Shown here one piece after another: positions 1 through 9,300 of a DNA stretch of 64,000 bases. The notes under the pieces were generated by a model, which saw only the letters and a program-made list of their open reading frames with translations, searched no databases and was not told the DNA's origin. Every line of letters starts with the position of its first letter. Position 1 is the stretch's first letter. The position numbers and the translations under genes were made by a program. Source of the stretch: Auanema rhodensis (Eukaryota; Animalia; Nematoda); assembly GCA_964057225.1 (NCBI GenBank), contig OZ059894.1, positions 1,364,001-1,428,000 of the forward strand. The letters are read 5' to 3'.

Positions 1-68
1 TTTTCAAGGCAAAGACGATGGACAATGTTATTCAACGAAAAAATTAATTCTTCAGGGTGAAAATCGAG

Positions 69-90
69 GATATAAGTGTGAACTTATATC
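69..90. other. Perfect 9-bp inverted repeat GATATAAGT-gtga-ACTTATATC (present in most monomers)
   Basis: 69-77 is the exact reverse complement of 82-90, with a 4-nt loop GTGA. Confidence 0.95.
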
Positions 91-100
91 AGTTGATATC

Positions 101-167
101 TCGGTGCATTTTTAAGCTAGCGCAAATCTGATAACACAGATCGACGCAGCTTGAAAATCCGCATCGA
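101..167. other. Long imperfect hairpin of 67 nt (present in most monomers)
   Basis: Pairings: TCGGTGC(101-107)/GCATCGA(161-167), ATTTTTAAGCT(108-118)/AGCTTGAAAAT(148-158), GCG(120-122)/CGC(145-147), ATCTG(126-130)/CAGAT(137-141). Two G-T wobbles, small bulges and a 6-nt loop. Confidence 0.85.
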
Positions 168-240
168 ATGCACTATACTACATTGAGGAACGCTTAATAC
201 AAAAATTAGTTATGATCGTTTGAAAAATGATGCATTAGTG

Positions 241-270
241 TATGTTGAGTTTCCATGTACACTCAACATA
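241..270. other. Perfect 10-bp inverted repeat TATGTTGAGT-(10 nt)-ACTCAACATA (9 bp in A270T monomers)
   Basis: 241-250 is the exact reverse complement of 261-270. Confidence 0.95.
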
Positions 271-276
271 GCTTCC

Positions 277-342
277 AAAAACATTTTGACAAAAATTTTT
301 TCGAAAAATTTCAGAATAATTTAGCAAAAAGTAGATGTTTTT
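277..342. other. A/T-tract-rich nested dyad around the 12-bp palindrome TTTTTCGAAAAA (297-308)
   Basis: Core palindrome at 297-308; ATTTTGA(283-289)/TCA(A/G)AAT(311-317); AAAAACAT(277-284)/ATGTTTTT(335-342). Confidence 0.8.
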
Positions 343-3300
343 AGATTTCTTTTTTTAAGGCAAAGACGATGGACAATGTTATTCAACGAAAAAATTAATT
401 CTTCAGGGTGAAAATCGAGGATATAAGTGTGAACTTATATCAGTTGATATCTCGGTGCATTTTTAAGCTAGCGCAAATCTGATAACACAGATCGACGCAG
501 CTTAAAAATCCGCATCGAATGCACTATACTACATTGAGGAACGCTTAATACAAAAATTAGTTATGATCGTTTGAAAAATGATGCATTAGTGTATGTTGAG
601 TTTCCATGTACACTCAACATTGCTTCCAAAAAAATTTTGACAAAAATTTTTTCGAAAAATTTCAGAATAATTTAGCAAAAAGTAGATGTTTTTAGATTCC
701 TTTTTTCAAGGCAAAGACGATGGACAATGTTATTCAACGAAAAAATTAATTCTTCAGGGTGAAAATCGAGGATATAAGTGTGAACTTATATCAGTTGATA
801 TCTCGGTGCATTTTTAAGCTAGCGCAAATCTGATAACACAGATCGACGCAGCTTGAAAATCCGCATCGAATGCACTATACTACTTTGAGAAACGTTTAAT
901 ACAAAAATTAGTTATGATCGTTTGAAAAATGATGCATTAGTGTATGTTGAGTTTCCATGTACACTCAACATAGCTTCCAAAAACATTTTGACAAAAATTT
1001 TTTCGAAAAATTTCAGAATAATTTAGCAAAAAGTAGATGTTTTTAGATTTCTTTTTTTAAGGCAAAGACGATGGACAATGTTATTCAACGAAAAAATTAA
1101 TTCTTCAGGGTGAAAATCGAGGATATAAGTGTGAACTTATATCAGTTGATATCTCGGTGCATTTTTAAGCTAGCGCAAATCTGATAACACAGATCGACGC
1201 AGCTTGAAAATCCGCATCGAATGCACTATACTACTTTGAGAAACGCTTAATACAAAAATTAGTTATGATCGTTTGAAAAATGATGCATTAGTGTATGTTG
1301 AGTTTCCATGTACACTCAACATTGCTTCCAAAAACATTTTGACAAAAATTTTTTCGAAAAATTTCAGAATATTTTAGCAAAAAGTAGATGTTTTTAGATT
1401 CCTTTTTTCAAGGCAAAGACGATGGACAATGTTATTCAACGAAAAAATTAATTCTTCAGGGTGAAAATCGAGGATATAAGTGTGAACTTATATCAGTTGA
1501 TATCTCGGTGCATTTTTAAGCTAGCGCAAATCTGATAACACAGATCGACGCAGCTTGAAAATCCGCATCGAATGCACTATACTACTTTGAGAAACGCTTA
1601 ATATAAAAATTAGTTATGATCGTTTGAAAAATGATGCATTAGTGTATGTTGAGTTTCCATGTACACTCAACATTGCTTCCAAAAACATTTTGACAAAAAT
1701 TTTTTCGAAAAATTTCAGAATAATTTAGCAAAAAGTAGATGTTTTTAGATTTCTTTTTTTAAGGCAAAGACGATGGACAATGTTATTCAACGAAAAAATT
1801 AATTCTTCAGGGTGAAAATCGAGGATATAAGTGTGAACTTATATCAGTTGATATCTCGGTGCATTTTTAAGCTAGCGCAAATCTGATAACACAGATCGAC
1901 GCAGCTTGAAAATCCGCATCGAATGCACTATACTACTTTGAGAAACGCTTAATACAAAAATTAGTTATGATCGTTTGAAAAATGATGCATTAGTGTATGT
2001 TGAGTTTCCATGTACACTCAACATTGCTTCCAAAAACATTTTGACAAAAATTTTTTCGAAAAATTTCAGAATATTTTAGCAAAAAGTAGATGTTTTTAGA
2101 TTCCTTTTTTCAAGGCAAAGACGATGGACAATGTTATTCAACGAAAAAATTAATTCTTCAGGGTGAAAATCGAGGATATAAGTGTGAACTTATATCAGTT
2201 GATATCTCGGTGCATTTTTAAGCTAGCGCAAATCTGATAACACAGATCGACGCAGCTTGAAAATCCGCATCGAATGCACTATACTACATTGAGGAACGCT
2301 TAATACAAAAATTAGTTATGATCGTTTGAAAAATGATGCATTAGTGTATGTTGAGTTTCCATGTACACTCAACATAGCTTCCAAAAACATTTTGACAAAA
2401 ATTTTTTCGAAAAATTTCAGAATAATTTAGCAAAAAGTAGATGTTTTTAGATTTCTTTTTTTAAGGCAAAGACGATGGACAATGTTATTCAACGAAAAAA
2501 TTAATTCTTCAGGGTGAAAATCGAGGATATAAGTGTGAACTTATATCAGTTGATATCTCGGTGCATTTTTAAGCTAGCGCAAATCTGATAACACAGATCG
2601 ACGCAGCTTAAAAATCCGCATCGAATGCACTATACTACATTGAGGAACGCTTAATACAAAAATTAGTTATGATCGTTTGAAAAATGATGCATTAGTGTAT
2701 GTTGAGTTTCCATGTACACTCAACATTGCTTCCAAAAACATTTTGACAAAAATTTTTTCGAAAAATTTCAGAATAATTTAGCAAAAAGTAGATGTTTTTA
2801 GATTCCTTTTTTCAAGGCAAAGACGATGGACAATGTTATTCAACGAAAAAATTAATTCTTCAGGGTGAAAATCGAGGATATAAGTGTGAACTTATATCAG
2901 TTGATATCTCGGTGCATTTTTAAGCTAGCGCAAATCTGATAACACAGATCGACGCAGCTTGAAAATCCGCATCGAATGCACTATACTACTTTGAGAAACG
3001 TTTAATACAAAAATTAGTTATGATCGTTTGAAAAATGATGCATTAGTGTATGTTGAGTTTCCATGTACACTCAACATAGCTTCCAAAAACATTTTGACAA
3101 AAATTTTTTCGAAAAATTTCAGAATAATTTAGCAAAAAGTAGATGTTTTTAGATTTCTTTTTTTAAGGCAAAGACGATGGACAATGTTATTCAACGAAAA
3201 AATTAATTCTTCAGGGTGAAAATCGAGGATATAAGTGTGAACTTATATCAGTTGATATCTCGGTGCATTTTTAAGCTAGCGCAAATCTGATAACACAGAT

Positions 3301-6300
3301 CGACGCAGCTTGAAAATCCGCATCGAATGCACTATACTACTTTGAGAAACGCTTAATACAAAAATTAGTTATGATCGTTTGAAAAATGATGCATTAGTGT
3401 ATGTTGAGTTTCCATGTACACTCAACATTGCTTCCAAAAACATTTTGACAAAAATTTTTTCGAAAAATTTCAGAATATTTTAGCAAAAAGTAGATGTTTT
3501 TAGATTCCTTTTTTCAAGGCAAAGACGATGGACAATGTTATTCAACGAAAAAATTAATTCTTCAGGGTGAAAATCGAGGATATAAGTGTGAACTTATATC
3601 AGTTGATATCTCGGTGCATTTTTAAGCTAGCGCAAATCTGATAACACAGATCGACGCAGCTTGAAAATCCGCATCGAATGCACTATACTACTTTGAGAAA
3701 CGCTTAATATAAAAATTAGTTATGATCGTTTGAAAAATGATGCATTAGTGTATGTTGAGTTTCCATGTACACTCAACATTGCTTCCAAAAACATTTTGAC
3801 AAAAATTTTTTCGAAAAATTTCAGAATAATTTAGCAAAAAGTAGATGTTTTTAGATTCCTTTTTTCAAGGCAAAGACGATGGACAATGTTATTCAACGAA
3901 AAAATTAATTCTTCAGGGTGAAAATCGAGGATATAAGTGTGAACTTATATCAGTTGATATCTCGGTGCATTTTTAAGCTAGCGCAAATCTGATAACACAG
4001 ATCGACGCAGCTTGAAAATCCGCATCGAATGCACTATACTACTTTGAGAAACGTTTAATACAAAAATTAGTTATGATCGTTTGAAAAATGATGCATTAGT
4101 GTATGTTGAGTTTCCATGTACACTCAACATAGCTTCCAAAAACATTTTGACAAAAATTTTTTCGAAAAATTTCAGAATAATTTAGCAAAAAGTAGATGTT
4201 TTTAGATTTCTTTTTTTAAGGCAAAGACGATGGACAATGTTATTCAACGAAAAAATTAATTCTTCAGGGTGAAAATCGAGGATATAAGTGTGAACTTATA
4301 TCAGTTGATATCTCGGTGCATTTTTAAGCTAGCGCAAATCTGATAACACAGATCGACGCAGCTTGAAAATCCGCATCGAATGCACTATACTACTTTGAGA
4401 AACGTTTAATACAAAAATTAGTTATGATCGTTTGAAAAATGATGCATTAGTGTATGTTGAGTTTCCATGTACACTCAACATAGCTTCCAAAAACATTTTG
4501 ACAAAAATTTTTTCGAAAAATTTCAGAATATTTTAGCAAAAAGTAGATGTTTTTAGATTTCTTTTTTTAAGGCAAAGACGATGGACAATGTTATTCAACG
4601 AAAAAATTAATTCTTCAGGGTGAAAATCGAGGATATAAGTGTGAACTTATATCAGTTGATATCTCGGTGCATTTTTAAGCTAGCGCAAATCTGATAACAC
4701 AGATCGACGCAGCTTGAAAATCCGCATCGAATGCACTATACTACTTTGAGAAACGCTTAATACAAAAATTAGTTATGATCGTTTGAAAAATGATGCATTA
4801 GTGTATGTTGAGTTTCCATGTACACTCAACATTGCTTCCAAAAACATTTTGACAAAAATTTTTTCGAAAAATTTCAGAATAATTTAGCAAAAAGTAGATG
4901 TTTTTAGATTCCTTTTTTCAAGGCAAAGACGATGGACAATGTTATTCAACGAAAAAATTAATTCTTCAGGGTGAAAATCGAGGATATAAGTGTGAACTTA
5001 TATCAGTTGATATCTCGGTGCATTTTTAAGCTAGCGCAAATCTGATAACACAGATCGACGCAGCTTGAAAATCCGCATCGAATGCACTATACTACTTTGA
5101 GAAACGTTTAATACAAAAATTAGTTATGATCGTTTGAAAAATGATGCATTAGTGTATGTTGAGTTTCCATGTACACTCAACATAGCTTCCAAAAACATTT
5201 TGACAAAAATTTTTTCGAAAAATTTCAGAATAATTTAGCAAAAAGTAGATGTTTTTAGATTCCTTTTTTCAAGGCAAAGACGATGGACAATGTTATTCAA
5301 CGAAAAAATTAATTCTTCAGGGTGAAAATCGAGGATATAAGTGTGAACTTATATCAGTTGATATCTCGGTGCATTTTTAAGCTAGCGCAAATCTGATAAC
5401 ACAGATCGACGCAGCTTGAAAATCCGCATCGAATGCACTATACTACTTTGAGAAACGCTTAATATAAAAATTAGTTATGATCGTTTGAAAAATGATGCAT
5501 TAGTGTATGTTGAGTTTCCATGTACACTCAACATTGCTTCCAAAAACATTTTGACAAAAATTTTTTCGAAAAATTTCAGAATAATTTAGCAAAAAGTAGA
5601 TGTTTTTAGATTCCTTTTTTCAAGGCAAAGACGATGGACAATGTTATTCAACGAAAAAATTAATTCTTCAGGGTGAAAATCGAGGATATAAGTGTGAACT
5701 TATATCAGTTGATATCTCGGTGCATTTTTAAGCTAGCGCAAATCTGATAACACAGATCGACGCAGCTTGAAAATCCGCATCGAATGCACTATACTACTTT
5801 GAGAAACGTTTAATACAAAAATTAGTTATGATCGTTTGAAAAATGATGCATTAGTGTATGTTGAGTTTCCATGTACACTCAACATAGCTTCCAAAAACAT
5901 TTTGACAAAAATTTTTTCGAAAAATTTCAGAATAATTTAGCAAAAAGTAGATGTTTTTAGATTTCTTTTTTTAAGGCAAAGACGATGGACAATGTTATTC
6001 AACGAAAAAATTAATTCTTCAGGGTGAAAATCGAGGATATAAGTGTGAACTTATATCAGTTGATATCTCGGTGCATTTTTAAGCTAGCGCAAATCTGATA
6101 ACACAGATCGACGCAGCTTGAAAATCCGCATCGAATGCACTATACTACTTTGAGAAACGCTTAATACAAAAATTAGTTATGATCGTTTGAAAAATGATGC
6201 ATTAGTGTATGTTGAGTTTCCATGTACACTCAACATTGCTTCCAAAAACATTTTGACAAAAATTTTTCCGAAAAATTTCAGAATATTTTAGCAAAAAGTA

Positions 6301-9300
6301 GATGTTTTTAGATTCCTTTTTTCAAGGCAAAGACGATGGACAATGTTATTCAACGAAAAAATTAATTCTTCAGGGTGAAAATCGAGGATATAAGTGTGAA
6401 CTTATATCAGTTGATATCTCGGTGCATTTTTAAGCTAGCGCAAATCTGATAACACAGATCGACGCAGCTTGAAAATCCGCATCGAATGCACTATACTACA
6501 TTGAGGAACGCTTAATACAAAAATTAGTTATGATCGTTTGAAAAATGATGCATTAGTGTATGTTGAGTTTCCATGTACACTCAACATAGCTTCCAAAAAC
6601 ATTTTGACAAAAATTTTTTCGAAAAATTTCAGAATAATTTAGCAAAAAGTAGATGTTTTTAGATTTCTTTTTTTGAGGCAAAGACGATGGACAATGTTAT
6701 TCAACGAAAAAATTAATTCTTCAGGGTGAAAATCGAGGATATAAGTGTGAACTTATATCAGTTGATATCTCGGTGCATTTTTAAGCTAGCGCAAATCTGA
6801 TAACACAGATCGACGCAGCTTAAAAATCCGCATCGAATGCACTATACTACATTGAGGAACGCTTAATACAAAAATTAGTTATGATCGTTTGAAAAATGAT
6901 GCATTAGTGTATGTTGAGTTTCCATGTACACTCAACATTGCTTCCAAAAACATTTTGACAAAAATTTTTTCGAAAAATTTCAGAATAATTTAGCAAAAAG
7001 TAGATGTTTTTAGATTCCTTTTTTCAAGGCAAAGACGATGGACAATGTTATTCAACGAAAAAATTAATTCTTCAGGGTGAAAATCGAGGATATAAGTGTG
7101 AACTTATATCAGTTGATATCTCGGTGCATTTTTAAGCTAGCGCAAATCTGATAACACAGATCGACGCAGCTTGAAAATCCGCATCGAATGCACTATACTA
7201 CTTTGAGAAACGCTTAATACAAAAATTAGTTATGATCGTTTGAAAAATGATGCATTAGTGTATGTTGAGTTTCCATGTACACTCAACATTGCTTCCAAAA
7301 ACATTTTGACAAAAATTTTTTCGAAAAATTTCAAATTAATTTAGCAGAAAGTATATGTTTTTAGATTCCTTTTTTCAAGGCAAAGACGATGGACAATGTT
7401 ATTCAACGAAAAAATTAATTCTTCAGGGTGAAAATCGAGGATATAAGTGTGAACTTATATCAGTTGATATCTCGGTGCATTTTTAAGCTAGCGCAAATCT
7501 GATAACACAGATCGACGCAGCTTAAAAATCCGCATCGAATGCACTATACTACATTGAGGAACGCTTAATACAAAAAATTAGTTATGATCGTTTGAAAAAT
7601 GATGCATTAGTGTATGTTGAGTTTCCATGTACACTCAACATTGCTTCCAAAAACATTTTGACAAAAATTTTTTCGAAAAATTTCAGAATAATTTAGCAAA
7701 AAGTAGATGTTTTTAGATTCCTTTTTTCAAGGCAAAGACGATGGACAATGTTATTCAACGAAAAAATTAATTCTTCAGGGTGAAAATCGAGGATATAAGT
7801 GTGAACTTATATCAGTTGATATCTCGGTGCATTTTTAAGCTAGCGCAAATCTGATAACACAGATCGACGCAGCTTGAAAATCCGCATCGAATGCACTATA
7901 CTACTTTGAGAAACGCTTAATACAAAAATTAGTTATGATCGTTTGAAAAATGATGCATTAGTGTATGTTGAGTTTCCATGTACACTCAACATTGCTTCCA
8001 AAAACATTTTGACAAAAATTTTTTCGAAAAATTTCAAATCAATTTAGCAGAAAGTATATGTTTTTAGATTCCTTTTTTCAAGGCAAAGACGATGGACAAT
8101 GTTATTCAACGAAAAAATTAATTCTTCAGGGTGAAAATCGAGGATATAAGTGTGAACTTATATCAGTTGATATCTCGGTGCATTTTTAAGCTAGCGCAAA
8201 TCTGATAACACAGATCGACGCAGCTTAAAAATCCGCATCGAATGCACTATACTACATTGAGGAACGCTTAATACAAAAATTAGTTATGATCGTTTGAAAA
8301 ATGATGCATTAGTGTATGTTGAGTTTCCATGTACACTCAACATTGCTTCCAAAAACATTTTGACAAAAATTTTTTCGAAAAATTTCAAAATAATTTAGCA
8401 AAAAGTAGATGTTTTTAGATTTCTTTTTTCAAGGCAAAGACGATGGACAATGTTATTCAACGGAAAAATTAATTCTTCAGGGTGAAAATCGGGGATATAT
8501 GTGTGAACTTATATCAGTTGATATCTCGGTGCATTTTTAAGCTAGCGCAAATCTGATAACACAGATCGACGCAGCTTGAAAATCCGCATCGAATGCACTA
8601 TACTACTTTGAGAAACGCTTAATACAAAAATTAGTTATGATCGTTTGAAAAATGATGCATTAGTGTATGTTGAGTTTCCATGTACACTCAACATTGCTTC
8701 CAAAAACATTTTGACAAAAATTTTTTCGAAAAATTTCAAAATAATTTAGCAAAAAGTAGATGTTTTTAGATTCCTTTTTTCAAGGCAAAGACGATGGACA
8801 ATGTTATTCAACGAAAAAATTAATTCTTCAGGGTGAAAATCGAGGATATAAGTGTGAACTTATATCAGTTGATATCTCGGTGCATTTTTAAGCTAGCGCA
8901 AATCTGATAACACAGATCGACGTTGCTTGAAAATCCGCATCGAATGCACTATACTACTTTGAGAAACGCTTAATACAAAAATTAGTTATGATCGTTTGAA
9001 AAATGATGCATTAGTGTATGTTGAGTTTCCATGTACACTCAACATTGCTTCCAAAAACATTTTGACAAAAATTTTTTCGAAAAATTTCAAATTAATTTAG
9101 CAGAAAGTATATGTTTTTAGATTCCTTTTTTCAAGGCAAAGACGATGGACAATGTTATTCAACGAAAAAATTAATTCTTCAGGGTGAAAATCGAGGATAT
9201 AAGTGTGAACTTATATCAGTTGATATCTCGGTGCATTTTTAAGCTAGCGCAAATCTGATAACACAGATCGACGCAGCTTGAAAATCCGCATCGAATGCAC

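Larger units (their letters stand above)
1..351. repeat. Representative 351-bp monomer (arbitrary start); about 32% GC, many A/T tracts; single EcoRV (95-100), NheI (116-121), NsiI (230-235), BsrGI (256-261) and BstBI (300-305) sites
   Basis: Read directly from the sequence; 112 of 351 bases are G or C by hand count. Confidence 0.97.
1..3850. repeat. 6-monomer (2106-bp) higher-order duplication with underlying 2-mer alternation
   Basis: The SNP haplotype order of monomers 1-5 (A153 in unit 2, CGTTT in unit 3, AATATT in unit 4, AATAT in unit 5) recurs in monomers 7-11 with only one or two differences. Confidence 0.8.

Noticed and set aside
49-55. Hammerhead ribozyme core CUGAAGA on the minus strand (TCTTCAG on +), tempting for a structured satellite of about 350 bp (retrozyme-like)
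   Set aside because: I could not build stem II closing onto a GAAA, nor stems I and III with a UH site. One such 6-base match in about 700 nt is plausible by chance. The + strand has only CTGATAA. An Infernal or RNAMotif search of a dimer consensus would settle it.
57-243. Internal subrepeats (TGAAAAT-like motifs at 58, 152 and 221) or a 2x175-bp dimer origin of the monomer
   Set aside because: The similarity is short and AT-rich, the spacing is irregular, and the two halves of the monomer do not align by eye.
299-315. CENP-B box-like motif (TTCG....A..CGGG)
   Set aside because: Only TTCG and the A match; the CGGG half is absent.
1-351. 351 bp equals 117 codons, so a giant repeat protein was considered
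   Set aside because: The + frames I translated carry several stops per monomer, and the six-frame track reports no long ORF on either strand.
1-351. Tandem 5S rRNA, tRNA, snRNA or spliced-leader gene unit
   Set aside because: I recognised no 5S sequence, cloverleaf, convincing A/B boxes or known spliced-leader sequence. An Rfam search was not possible.
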